Positions 11,259 through 24,200 of a stretch of DNA of 60,000 nt are shown here, piece after piece. The stretch's first letter is position 1, and each line of letters begins with the position of its first letter. The notes beneath the pieces were generated by a model, which did no database searches, was not told where the DNA came from, and saw only the letters and a list, made by a program, of their open reading frames with translations. Position numbers and translations under genes: made by a program. The DNA comes from Mobula hypostoma. Its lineage: Eukaryota. The DNA is taken from contig NC_086108.1 in assembly GCF_963921235.1 (NCBI RefSeq), positions 44,518,001-44,578,000 of the forward strand, given 5' to 3'.

Positions 11259-13430
11259 TTATCTGGTGGATGGAGTGCAGGTGCTTGGTGAAGTGGTCTC
11301 CAAATCTATGTCAGGTTTCACCATTATACAGGAGGCCACACCGAGATCACCAGATACATATATGACCCCAACAGACTCACAGCTGAACTGTCTCGTCATC
11401 TGGAAGGACTGTTTGGGGCCCTGAATGGTAGTGAGGGAGGAATGTTAGGGACAGGTGAGGCACTTGTTCTGCTTGCAAGGATACGTGACAGGAGGGAGAT
11501 CAGTGGGGAGGGATGGATGGACAAGGGAGTCTCATTGGGAGCAGTCCCGGCAGAAAATGGGAATTGGAGGGAGAAGATGTACTTGGTGGTGGGATCCCAT
11601 TGGAGATGCTGGAAGTTCTGGAGAATTATCTGCTGGATGCAGAGGCAGGTGGGGTGGTAGGTGAGGACTAGAGAAGGATGGGGTGAGGGCAGGCATGTGT
11701 GAAACGGAAGAGATGCGGTTGAGGGCAGTGTTGATAGTGGAGGAAGGAAGGCCCCTTTCTTTAAAGAAGGACATCTCCGCTTTGGGATGAAAAGCCTCAT
11801 CCTGAGAGCAGATGCGGCAGAGACGGAGAAATTGAGAGAAGCGGGTGGTGCTTTTACAAGTAACAGGGTGGGAAGAGGTATAATCTAGGTAGCTGTGAGA
11901 GTCAGTAGATTGATAATAGACATCAGTAGATAAGCTTTCTCTCGAGATAGGGACAGAGGGATTGAGAAAAGGGAGGGAGATGTTGGAAATGGACCAGATA
12001 AATTTGAGGATGGAAGTTGGAAGCAAAGTTGATGAAATCGACAAGGTTCGCGTGGGTGCAGGAAGCAGCACCAATGCAGTTGTCAATGTAGCGTAGGAAA
12101 AGTTGAGGAGTGACACCAGTGTAGGCTTTGAACATAGACAGTTCCACATAACCGACCAAAAGGCAGGCATAGCTGGGACCCATGGCTACACTTTCAGTTT
12201 GAAGGAAGTGGAAGAAGCCAAAGGAGAAATTATTGAGAGTGCAGACAAGTTCTGCTAGGCAGAGGAGAGTGATGGTGGAGGGGAACTGATTGGGTCTAGT
12301 GTCCAGAAAGAAATGGAGACCTTTGAGGCCTTCCTGGTGAGGGATGGCGATGTACAGGGACTGGACATCCATAGTAAAAATAAGATAATGGGAGCCAGGG
12401 AACCTATAATTATTGAAAAGATCCAGAGTGTGTGAGGTGTCATGGAAGGTACTGAACCATGGGGGTTAAAATTGAGTTGGGTTTGCAGGTGAGTTCATTG
12501 GGGCAAGAACAAGCAGAAAAAATGGGTTTACCTGGATAGACAGGTTTGTTGTTTTTTGGGTAGGAGGTAGAAACGGGAGGTGCAGGGCGCAGGAACTATG
12601 AGGTTGATGACAGTGGATGGGAGATCCCCAGAGTTAATAAAGATGGTGATGGTGTGGGAGACAATGGCCTGGTGTTTCTTTGTGGGGTCCTGTTTGAGGG
12701 GTCAGTAAGAGGAGGTGTCTGAGGGTTGTTGCTGGGCCTCAGCAAGGTAGAGGGCAGTCTGCGAGACAATTACAGCAACCCTCTTATCTGCGGGTTTGAT
12801 GGTGAGGTTAGGATTAGTGTGGAGAGCAGAGCATTCTGAAGGAGTGAGGTTGGAATTGGAGAGAGGAGTGGTGAAGTCAAGACAGTTGATGTCTCATCAG
12901 CGGTTGGCAATGGGGAAAAACAGAGCAGGCAGAAGGCTGGAGTGAGGTGTCCAGGAAGAGGAGGGGGGCAGAAAGTGGACAAAGAAGTCATCTGTGGGGG
13001 TGGAGAGTCCTTGCCAAAGAAGTAGGCACAGAGTCTGAGGTGGTGGTAGAAGAGTTCAATGTCATGGGGGACATGGAACTCACTGAGGTGTAGCCGCAGG
13101 GGGACAAAAGTGAAGCCCTTACTAAGGACAGAACATTCTGGCTCAGAGAGGGGAAGGTCAGAGGATGGTGAAGATCCAGCATGGATGAGAGTTGGGATCA
13201 GAGGAGGAAAGGCGGTTGGTAGTGTCAGAGGAGAGGGGAGCATTGGGATGTTCAGGGAGGATGGGGTGAGAAAAAGGTGGAGTCTCCGAGGACCCAAGAC
13301 ATTGGATTGCTGAGTGGTGGTGGGGGGAGCGGAGACGAGTTTCAGCGGCAGCACGTAAAGTCCTGGCCTAGAGGTGCTGTCAGTTAAGGCTGGAGTTAAG
13401 AATTGAAGGCTGCACAATCGGCACTTTGAA
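11259..13430 (-). mobile_element. Penelope-like element, 5' part (RT and GIY-YIG N-terminal half), degenerate
   Basis: MDVQSLY..IPH, VAMGPSYACL, FLRYIDNCIG, STDVYYQSTDSHSYLDYTSSHP, and a decayed GVIY...CGLLYNGET motif near 11320-11370. Confidence 0.9.
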
Positions 13431-13519
13431 GGTGTCCAAGGTTGTTGGAACTCGCATTGATGGCAGTGGAGTCCGGGTTTTTTTTTATCTGCTTGGGATC
13501 GTTGTGTGCACTTGTGTGG

Positions 13520-13740
13520 CCGTTAGACAATTCCAAACTGTTTTGCTCACTGCGGTTTCAAGCATTCAGGCTTGGAGATGCCGGGAGTGAAAATGAAACA
13601 ATTTCACTACTTCAAGTTATGAATTAAGAAGATTTTGAAGGTATTGACATTCATCTTGAATGTTACAATGAAAATGACAATTCAGAGGATGCAGTTGTTG
13701 AAAGTTGTATGAAGTCAGTCCATCGTCTGCAAGTCATATC
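13520..13740 (+). mobile_element. Tigger/pogo-like transposase C-terminal relic
   Basis: Translates NCFAHCGFKHSG followed by acidic EDFEGIDIHLECYNENDNSEDAVVES. No TIRs seen. Confidence 0.4.
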
Positions 13741-14695
13741 TGGTTTTGTTGTACAGACCTGGGTCACCAGACTTGAATGCCACCAGATCAGGCTCTCGAC
13801 CTCCAGTGGAACTATTGATATTCCCTCACTTGTTCAGAAATTTTATGTAGACGAGCGGTGGGCAAAGTCTGTGAAATCTGGGAATAGGGGATAAGAATAA
13901 TGTCGCCATTTACTTAATGCCATACTGTAAAGTATTAATTAATTTTATTTTAGTGCATTATTTATAAGCATTTGTTGGTGTAGTTTCTTGTTACTTTTAA
14001 AATTTATAAATTTGAATATTTTTATGTGCAGGAATCTTTTTGCATTGCTTGTAGTGTTTTCAAGTTTCATCTGATAGCTAAATGAGGGATGAGGTTCAAT
14101 CAGCTGTCAATTTTTATAGAGGCTTAGTGGGCAGAACTTGATCTAGCTTCTGTCACCTTGTGCGTGTGGCACTGAAGTCCTGACATGGCAGGAAAGTTTG
14201 ATCATGATTTGGATATTACTTTGCTCTCTGAGATTTTTGTGTACAAGTTGTCTGCTGAGTTATTTTTAAACATTACTCAACTGTTCAGAAAGTTGATAAT
14301 TACCTTTGGAATGTCAATTGCAAAAGCTGTATGAATTCATGTCGGTTTTCTTAATGCCCATGGGAAGAGTGGTGAAATAATGTACAAAGAAAAACTGTAT
14401 TTTAATTATTGCCACAGAAATCCTATTTATCAGTGACTGGGAGGATTGGGATAATTTCTAAAACCCACAAACAGTTTGAACGCATTTTGGCTTGCTTATC
14501 TGTTTCTAAAAAAAATTGGGCATGTGGCTGAGGAATTTTGATGTCTGTTAAAGGGGGTGGGGGATGAAGTGCAGGGCGAAAGCCCTTTGCATTCATACAA
14601 AGTTTATCCATAAAAGTATGTTTAATTTTCTGTCTATTGTTTGATAAACATGATCTCTAAAATGTGATTTCCCCCCCCCCCCCGCCAATTTGCAG

Positions 14696-14731
14696 ATTCC
14701 ATACTCCTCTTCGTCTCCTGGTACATATGGG
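14696..14731 (+). CDS. SSBP3: SSBP3 exon, IPYSSSSPGTYG
   Basis: tgcag / gtatgt; 36 nt; phase 0-0. Confidence 0.95.
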
Positions 14732-15357
14732 GTATGTATTTGTATTTTTGGGCATGTTTTACCTAACGCAAATATTTTACTTGAGGAAAAATTGATCAGT
14801 AGTGATTGCTGGTGAGAAATTCAAATCAACTTGTTATTAGCTTGGCTGTTGACCTGTAAATTGTGTGTTAAGAAAATTAATCTATTGGGGTAAAAAGGAA
14901 AAGGTAGCTTGCTTCCACATCCAAAGCCAAAACAAGAATAGCTTGTAAAAGTAATTTGCCCAGCATCTGAATTGAATTGACTTTATTAATGTAAATGTCA
15001 TCTGGAATACAAACTTGTGTTTTGATAACCTGGAATGTATGTGAAAGCAATTTGATCTAAGATGTGCCCACTAAAAAAAAGCTGCCTGTTAGTTTAATTT
15101 TGAATTTCAGTTTACATATCTTTAAACCCTTTTGTAGTTCTTGAAAAGGACCTCAGCAGTACTTAATATGGTAGTGAATGACTGGTGCAAAATGAAGGGA
15201 GCTATGATGGTAAATGGTTAATTCTGCTGCAGAGATTTGCTGTGAATGTAGAACAGTGAAGCAATAAAGTGAAGTTGCAGCACTGTTAAGTATAGATTAA
15301 ATTCCATCTGTAACTTAGGCAGATTTGCTGCTCTGGTTGGAATGAACCCACAGTTTT

Positions 15358-15560
15358 TTTTTGGTAATTTATTTTTTATTGAATTTCATCATCAAACAAA
15401 CATTTCTATAAGATGTATTTCAGATACTGTACAAATAAATCATATATTTGTTACAAATCTCCACATAATATTTATCTGAGGTATACACTTAAAGGAAAGA
15501 AAGAACAATCGAAAGACAAAAACTCTGTACAGAGTAGGGAGTGATTTTTTTTTACAACAT
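15358..15560 (-). mobile_element. Short L1-like 3' fragment with target-site duplication
   Basis: Poly-T and TTTATT at the left end. 16-bp repeat ATGA(A/T)CCCACAGTTTT at 15342-15357 and 15561-15576. Confidence 0.6.
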
Positions 15561-15742
15561 ATGATCCCACAGTTTTGTTTTGAGGTCTAAAAATAAAAGC
15601 AAAATAGTTACCTAAGTTATATAGACTACATTCTAATATTCTGTAGAGAGCATTAGTGACCTACCAAGGCCTTAGCCCAGTTTGCCTAGAGCAGGATGAC
15701 CCATTCCGAATCATTCAGTCAGTGCTGGTGTTTTGTTCACAG

Positions 15743-15797
15743 GGTCCCCCTGGTGGCGGAGGTCCTCCAGGAACACCGATAATGCCAAGCCCGGCAG
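15743..15797 (+). CDS. SSBP3: SSBP3 exon, GPPGGGGPPGTPIMPSPA(D)
   Basis: cacag / gtacag; 55 nt; matches the conserved SSBP-family motif. Confidence 0.96.
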
Positions 15798-17146
15798 GTA
15801 CAGTATTACAGTAGTCTCTCTTGACACAGATGTTATCATTTTAAATACACGCTTGTCTTAAATTCCTTTCCAAGACTTTGTATGAAAATATGTGCTGTTT
15901 CCACACTTTAAGATAAGTGTCCTGGGAGTAATCTTTTGTTTTAGATTGGAACCTTGTCTGCATTTGTAGCTTATATTTTCATCAGTAAGTGCTGATCATA
16001 CAGTTTTATCACTGGCTGGGAAAAAGCCAACACTATGAGATTAATAATTCTCCATTGATGGGTTCCCACATATGTTGGACACAATAAGTACTCCAAGTTA
16101 ATTCCCTATCTTGTGTCATCTGCACTCACAGTGTGGTCTAATTACCTGCTTAATTGCACAGTGAGGATAAATTAACCTTTTGATCATAAGCAGTGTTTTC
16201 TTAAAAGCGCAATGCGATTCAGGAGCAAACTGATATGATTTATTTTTGGAGCTGCTTCTTTAATTTTTATACATTGTTCTGGTTGGTTACTGAAGGAACA
16301 TACAGATTTTTTTTTGCCTGTAGGTGAGTTTGGTTTAAGTAAGCAAAGAACACGTTTGAATCTATTTTTTTTTTTAACAAGATTGATTCTAAAGCTTTCA
16401 CTGTAATAAAGTGGATGATCTTTACATGGGCTCAGTTATTTTCTGTCCATAGATATGATTAAAGTAATTACTCCTTGATGCCTTATTTTAACCAGTTAGG
16501 TTCCTATCACTGATTTGGTGTAATGATATGGCTAAAAAAAAAACAGTGCTTTAGTTGGAGTGCTGCACTCGGCTCAGGGTGATGGAATTGAAGAGCAAAA
16601 GAAAGCATGCTAGATTTGTACATTATGTTGATTTGGCCACAATTTGAGTGAATTGTTTCCTTATGTTTATAGTACCCTGGGAAGAAATTACGATAAATAC
16701 ATGTTTAGCACTGGAATTGAATGAGTACACATGAGTGATACTGGATACTCTTTGCAATAAAAGAACAGACTGAGGGATGGCTTCGGAGCTTCAAGAGAAT
16801 TAAATTGGATGTCCAGGCGCCGGGGAGTCCAAGTTGCCCCATTTGTCTGATGATACAGCTGCTTTACTAAGTGGCCACCCAATATATGCATTGGAGATGA
16901 GTGGAAAAATGTTAACGTGGAGCAACAATGTGGACTTGTTAGATCGAGTGACCTGTCTTGTTGATGTAAATACAAAGTAACCAAAACTATTGCTAAAATG
17001 CCAAATAACTCCTGACCAAAATAAATCTTGATTTTAAAGGACCTGGAAAGCCAAGAATCCTCCTCCTATCAAATGTCACATGTATGTTCTAAATAAGTGA
17101 AAGCTGAATTAATATGCTTTGGTCTTTTTCTCATCTTCAAATACAG

Positions 17147-17217
17147 ATTCAACGAATTCCAGTGACAACATGTACACAATGATTAATCCCGTTCCACCTG
17201 GAGGAAGCCGATCAAAT
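17147..17217 (+). CDS. SSBP3: SSBP3 exon, DSTNSSDNMYTMINPVPPGGSRSN
   Basis: tacag / gtgagt; 71 nt. Confidence 0.96.
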
Positions 17218-17471
17218 GTGAGTACGGCTTTCATGAAAAGAAAACCTCACACTATTCAGATCACAAAAATGAAAATGCGGACTTTCTCTTGGCTTTACAA
17301 AACTGATACTCGTACTGTTGAAAAAATGAAAAGAATAATGTAAGAAATTCTCAAATCATTACCCTGTAGGATCAAAGAAGAGAAAGAAGTGACTGCTTTA
17401 GTTGTGTGATATAATTGGGTTTCCTGTCTACAAAGCCCTAAATTCAAAAGATTTTAAGCCTATCCAATATA

Positions 17472-19243
17472 CAATGCATATAAAAAGTATTCACCCCCCC
17501 TCCCCCCCGGGAAGTTTTCATGTTTTATTGTTTTACAACATTGAATCACAGTGGATTTAATTTGTTTTTTTTGACACTGATCAGCAGAAAAGACACTTTT
17601 GTGACAAAGTAAAAACAAATTTCTACAAATTGGTCTAAATTTATTACAATTATTAAACACAAAATAATTGATTACTCAGCCCTTTCAAGTCAGTATTTAA
17701 TAAATGCATCTTTGGCAGCAATTACAGTCTTGAGTCTGTGTGGATAGGTCTCTGTCATCTAGATCCTACAATTTTTCCCCATTCTTCTTTACAAAACTGC
17801 TCAAACTCTGTCAGATTGCATGGGGATCGTGAGTGAACAGCCTTTTTCAAGTCCCGCCACAAATTCTCAATTGGATTGAGGTCTGGACTCTGACTTGGCC
17901 ACTGCAGGACATTAATTTTGTTGTTTTTAAGCCATTGCTGTGTAGCTTTGGCTTTATGCTTGGGGTCATTGTCTCGCTGGAAAACAGATAATCTCCCAAG
18001 TCGCAGGCCTCTTGCAGACTGCATCAGGCTTTCCTCCAGGATTTCCCTGTATTTTGCTGCATCCATTTTGCCCTCTACCTTCATAAGCCTTCCAGGGCCT
18101 GCTGCAGGTGAAGCATCCCCACAGCATGATGCAGCCACCATTATGCTTCACGGTAGGGAAGGTGTGTTTTTGGTGATGTACAGTGGTTGGCTTACACCGA
18201 ACATAGCATTTAGAGCAATGGCCAAAAAAGCTCAATTTTGGTTTCATCAGACCATAAAACCTTCTAGGTGACTGCAGGGTCTCCCGCTTTCCTTCTGGCA
18301 AACCCTAGCCGAGATTTCATGTGAGTTTTTTTCAACAGTCGCTCTCCCTCTCTGCCACTCTCCCATAGAGCTGTGACTGGTGAAGCACCCGGGCAACAGT
18401 GGTTGTATACACAGTCTCTCCCATCTCAGCCACTGAAGCTTTTAACTCCTCCAGAATTGTCATGGGTCTCTTGGTAGCCTCCCTCACTAGTCCCATTCTT
18501 GCACGGTCAGTTAGTTTTTGAGGATGGCCTGCTCTAGGAAGATTTACAGCTATGCCATATTCTTTCTGTTTGTTGATGACTGCTTTAACTGTACTTCAGT
18601 TTCCAGGGTCTGATAGGCCTATTGCTACCGTCAGCTTTCTAACATTGTGGCATGACCTTTCTAAGGGTTAGAATTGTTGGTGATAAAAGTTAAACTTTTA
18701 ACAAATGTTCTTTGCTCAGCTTTGTTGTAAACAAGAACCAGTCTTGACTTGGAAATTTTCTTGTGTCCATCTCCTTGTGCTTTTCAATAACCTTTTCGCA
18801 GAGTTGCTTGGAGTATTCTTTTGTCTTCATGGTGCAGTTTTTTCCAGAATACTGACTCAGCAGCAGTTGGACCTTCCAGATACAGGTGTATTTTTACTAC
18901 AATCAATTGAAACACCTTGACTGCACACAGGTCTCCAAAACCAGATCTCTACTTAACTAATTATGTGATTTCTAAAACCAATTGGCCTGCACCAGTGGTG
19001 ATTTGGTGTGTCATATTAAAGGGGGGGGGGGGAGGTGAATTCTTATGCAATGAATTATTTCGTGTTTTATATCTGTAATTATTTTAGATCATTTTGTAGA
19101 GATCTGTTTTACTTTGACATGAAAGTCTTTTTCTGTTGATCAGAGTCAAAAAAGCCAAATTAAATCCACTGTGATTCAATGTTGTAAAACAAAACATGAA
19201 AACTTCTAAGGAGGGGGTCTGTGAATACCTTTTATAGGCACCG
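17472..19243 (-). mobile_element. Tc1 (DD34E) DNA transposon, inactive, with long TIRs
   Basis: TA at 17470-17471 and 19244-19245; inverted termini of about 220 bp. Transposase start MKTKEYSKQL at 18830; QRDNDPKH and [11 protein letters not shown] motifs; frameshifts and a foreign insert. Confidence 0.93.
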
Positions 19244-20523
19244 TAGATACCTGCAGCTACACCTTAGGGAGGTGGTATCCACCCACTCTTCAGGGACCAG
19301 CTTACTTCCTGTTTAGCCTCTGCGCTGAGGTTTAGCTGCCGATACCCACTGCTTGTATGGTGAGACCCCCTCCTACAAAGGGGGAGATACTTCCAGCTAA
19401 CAGAGTAGTTTAAACACAGTTTATTTTTAATGATACACATTTACATTTAGACAAATAGTTCTTAACACACATTTAACACTCTCAAACATTTTCTGATTAA
19501 TTAAAAAAATTCTGAATTACAAGAGATTTACAAACTATGAAGGATTTCCAAACCAGGTACAATTCTTACAAACTTGAGGAATATACCAATGAGTTCAAGA
19601 CGAATGAGTTGTCCATCGCAGAAATTAAGGATTGATGAATGAATTCTAGTTCTTCTTTCTATAACCCCATCTTATTGTCATTCTCCTTGTCATTCCTAAC
19701 AATCCCCAATGCTTCTGATATTTGTACTATTTTCTTCTAAATGACATCATCTGCATATGATGTTTTACAGATAACTTCTCTGGGATAAAGCAACTCACAA
19801 ATGGTCTCAAAAGCTTCTGGGGGGAAAAGATCCCAAACATCCACAATTACTGCTATGAGTGCCGACCCTCTGAATACACAAATATCCCAACTTGTTATAG
19901 AGTTTGATGTACTAAGTGACATAACCCCATTGGCTAATGCAGACAAGAAATCCCCTGGTCACTTCACTTTGCAAACAAGACCTCTTAGCAGCCAGCCACC
20001 TGTTGTGGGCCAGCAGCCTGTGCTTTGTAACATGGTTTGCAAAGCTGTGCAGCCAGGTTCACACTGATTGCTGCTTGCAATTTACATTAAAAACTGGAGA
20101 CTGGTTTTTGCTTACAACAAAGCTGAGCAGAGAACATTTGTTAGACGTTTAACTTTATCACCAACAATTCTAACCCTTTGAAAGGTCATGCTGACGGTAG
20201 CAATAAGCCTATCAGAACCTGGAAATTGAATATCCATTACAGTTGCAGTTCCTCTGTCAGGAATGGCCATTAATTGTAGCTTCAAGTTTGTTTCTGTTCA
20301 ACCAGAGCTTTGTATTCCTGGGTGGTCATCTTCATCAGTACAATACTTCATGGAGATACAAAGCTGTAGATTCTCTCATATGGATCAATTAAAAAAAGCG
20401 TGCTGCCTCACCTGCTGGGTTTCTTCAGAAGCTTGATGTTTGCACAATATTTTTGCTTAACTGTATTAGCCATAGAAATTGTTGGCATGCAACTTTTTCA
20501 AATGTGCTTTATTTTGCTTCCAG

Positions 20524-20602
20524 TTCCCATTGGGTCCTGGCTCTGAAGGTCCCATGGGTGGAATGGGAGGAATTGAGCCACATCACATGAATGGATCATT
20601 AG
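20524..20602 (+). CDS. SSBP3: SSBP3 exon, [26 protein letters not shown](G)
   Basis: ttccag / gtaagt; 79 nt. Confidence 0.96.
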
Positions 20603-20857
20603 GTAAGTTGCTTTCCTACCAGGAATAATCATAAAGGAATACTGAAGCCTTTTCAGCACAGAGGAAATTTCTTTAAACTAAGGTAGCTTCTTGGTCCTTG
20701 GCTGCAAAAAAGGTAATTGTTGAGTTTGTATGCATGTGTAAGTGGAAAGTGAAACAGATTAAATCTTGTATCGCAAAAGTTAATTTTCAGTATTTTTCTA
20801 TCATGAGCATGTGCTGTCAGATATTTTCATGAAAATGTTTGCTTTTACTCTCCTCAG

Positions 20858-20886
20858 GGTCAGGCGACATGGACGGAATCCCCAAG
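20858..20886 (+). CDS. SSBP3: SSBP3 exon, GSGDMDGIPK
   Basis: cctcag / gtatga; 29 nt; restores phase 0. Confidence 0.94.
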
Positions 20887-21289
20887 GTATGAGTCTGGCT
20901 GTAACTTTAATACAAAGTATAATAATTAATATAATAGTAAAGTTCACTGGAAGTTGCTAGATTAAGATCTTTGATCAAAACCAAAAGGTCATTGGAGTGG
21001 AAGAGTCTTTGGGGATCTGTAATGTTGGGAATTCTATACTGAACAGGACTAACTGTTGTGGGAAAGATCCACATGTTGGAATGTAGACCTTGGCTGCACA
21101 CGTTCAGTTCCCTACTAGTGTTTAATATCAGTGCATTGAACTGGTTTGGAAGAGCTACTACATTTATTTTCTTAATATGGATCATGCATATGAATTGAGA
21201 ATCTCCAGAGGAGATGCATTAATCATCCCAACATGCACTTGCATTCAGATCTTGCAGACACCTGTCTGTGTAAACGTGCAGATAAAGTC

Positions 21290-24200
21290 TCTGGCACCGA
21301 GATGGGACCCTCAACTCAGAAGGGAAGGAGGGAAAAGAGGAGAGCAGTAGTGATAGGGGTTTCGATAGTTAAGGGGACAGATAAGAGGTCCTGTAGAAAA
21401 GATCGAGAACCCCAGGTGGTCTGTTGCCTCCCTGGTGCCAAGGTCAGCGATATCTCGGATTGAGTATCCTCAAGAGGGAGGGTGAGCAGCCGGATGTCGT
21501 GGTCCATGTAGAGACTAATGACGTGGGTAGGAAGGATGAGGAGGTCTTGAAAGGTGAGTTGAGGGAGTTAGTCACCAAGTTAAAGGACAGGACCGCCAGG
21601 ATAGCAGTCTCAGGATTGCTACCAGTGCCACGTGCAGGCGGGTTTAGAAATAGTAAGATAGCGCAGATCAACGCGTGGCTGAAGACATGGTGCAGGAGGG
21701 AAGGCTTCAGATTTATAGATAATTGGGCAGTTTTCCAGGGGTGGGACCTGTTCCGGCAGGACGGTTTACATCTGAACTGGAGGGGGACAAATATTCTTGC
21801 AGGTAGGTTTGCTAGAGAAGCTCCAGTGGATTTAAACTAGATACAAGCAGGGAAGGGAACCAGAGTGTAGGAACAGATGTAGGGGAGAAGGAAGAAAAAG
21901 GAGATAGTAAAGTTGTTTGCACCGTTAGTGATAATCAGAGAGTAAGAGGTGGAAAATTTCTTAAATGCATTTATTTTAATGCTAGGAGCATTATAAGAAA
22001 GATGGATGAGCTTAAAGCATGGACTGATACCTGGAAGTATGATGTGGTAGCTATTAGTGAAACATTGCTACAGGAGTGTGATTGGCAAGTAAATATTCCT
22101 GGATTTAATTGCTTCAGGTGTGATAGAATCGGAGGGACAAGAGGGGGAGTGTTGCATTGCTTATCGGAGAAAATATTACAGCGGTGCTCTGGCAGAATAG
22201 ATTAGAGGGCTCGTCGAGGGAGGCTATTTGGGTGGAATTGAGGAATAGGATAGGTGTAGTAACTGTTATGGGGGTGTATTATAGACCACCAAATGGGGAG
22301 CGAGATTTGGAAGAGCAAATTTGTAAGGAGGTAGCAGATATTCGTAGTAAGCTCAAGGTTGTGATTGTGGGAGATTTTAATTTTCCACACATAGACTGGG
22401 AAGCCATACTGTAAAAGGGCTGGATGGTTTGGAGTTTGTAAAATGTGTGCAGGATAGATTTTTGCAGCAATACATAGAGGTACCAATGAGAGAAGGGGCA
22501 GTGTTGGATCTCCTGTTGGGGAATGAGATAGGTCAGGTGACGGAGGTTTGTGTTGGGGAGCACTTTGGGTCCAGTGATCACAATGCTATTAGTTTCCATA
22601 TAATTATGGAGAAGGATAGATCTGGACCCAGGGTTGAGATTTTTGATTGGAGAACGGCTAACTTTGAGGAGATGCGAAAGGATTTAGAAGGAGTGGATTG
22701 GGACAATTTGTTTTATGGGAAGGATGTAATAGAGAAATGGAGGTCATTTAAGGTGAAATTTTGAGGGTACAGAATCTTTATGTTCCTGTTAGGTTGAAAG
22801 GAAAGGTTAAAAGTTTGAGAGAGCCATGGTTTTCAAGGGATATTGGAAACTTGGTTCAGAAAAAGAGAGATATCTACAATAAATATAGGCAGCATGGAGT
22901 AAATGAGGTGCTCGAGGAATATAAAGAATGTAAAAAGATCTTAAGAAAGAAATTAGAAAGCTAAAAGATAGGAGGTTGCTTTGGCAAGTAAGGTGAAAAT
23001 AAATCCCAAGGGTTTCTACCGTTATGTTAATAGCAAAAGGATGGTGAGGGATAAAATTGGTCCCTTAGAGAATCAGAGTGGACAGCTATGTGTGGAGCCA
23101 AAAGAGATGGGGGAGATGCTGAACAACTTCTTTTCTTCGGTATTCACCAAGGAGAAGGATATTGAATTGTGTAAGGTAAGGAAAACAGGTAGGGAAGTTA
23201 TGGAAACTATGATTAAAGAAGAGGAAGTACTGGAGCTTTTAAGGAATATAAAAGTGGATAAGTCTCCGGGTCCTGTCCAGGATATTCCCTAGGACCTTGA
23301 GGGAAGTTAGTGTGGAAATAGCAGGGGCTCTGACAGAAATATTTCAAATGTCATTAGAAACGGGGATGGTGCCGGAGGATTGGCGTATTGCTCATGTTGT
23401 TCTATTGTTTCAAAAGGGTTCTAAGAGAAAACCTAGCAATTATTGGCCTGTGAGTTTGATGTCAGTGGTGGGTAAATTGATTGAAAGTATTCTTAGAGAT
23501 GGTATATATAATTATCTGGATAGACAGGGTCTGATTAGGAACAGTCAACATGGATTTGTGCATGGAAGGTCATGTTTGACAAATCTTATTGAATTTTTTT
23601 GAAGAGGTTACTAGGAAAGTTGACGAGGGTAAAGTGGTGGATGTTGTCTATATGGACTTCAGTAAGGCCTTTGACAAGGTTCCACATGGAAGGTTAGTTA
23701 GGAAGGTTTAATTGTTAGGTATTAATATTGAGTAGTAAAATGGATTCGGCAGTGGCTGGATGGGAGACGGCAGAGAGTGGTGGTGGATAACTGTTTGTCA
23801 GATTGGATGCCTCAGGAATCTGTACTGGGTCCAATGTTGTTTGTCATATACATTAATAATCTGGATGATGGGGTGGTAAATTGGATTAGTAAGTATGCAG
23901 ATGATACTAAGATAGGTGGAGTTGTGGATAATGAAGTAGGGGTTCAAAGCTTGCAGAGAGATTTAGGCCAGTTAGAAGAGTGGGCTGAAAGATGGCAGAT
24001 GGAGTTTAATGCTGATAAATGTGAGGTGCTACATTTTGGTGGGACTAATCAAAATAGGACATACATGGTAAATGGTAGGGCATTGAAGAATGCAGTAGAA
24101 CAGAGAGATCTAGGGATAATGGTGCGTAGTTCCCTGAAGGTGGAATCTCATGTGGATAGGGTGGTGAAGAAAGCTTTTGGTACGCTGGCCTTTGTAAATC

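Noticed and set aside
14670..14683. Poly-C/G runs (also near 17495, 19021, 26887, 39125, 47441) as G-quadruplex signals
   Set aside because: Simple homopolymers, often inside TEs and prone to slippage or assembly error.
19737..19760. YADD motif in ORF 19737-19946 suggesting a reverse transcriptase
   Set aside because: No upstream RT motifs (DxxKAFD, PQG) in the expected positions; likely coincidental.
21424..21840. SGNH/GDSL esterase-like ORF as a captured cellular gene
   Set aside because: An esterase domain is a known part of CR1 ORF1, and it is collinear with ORF2 here.
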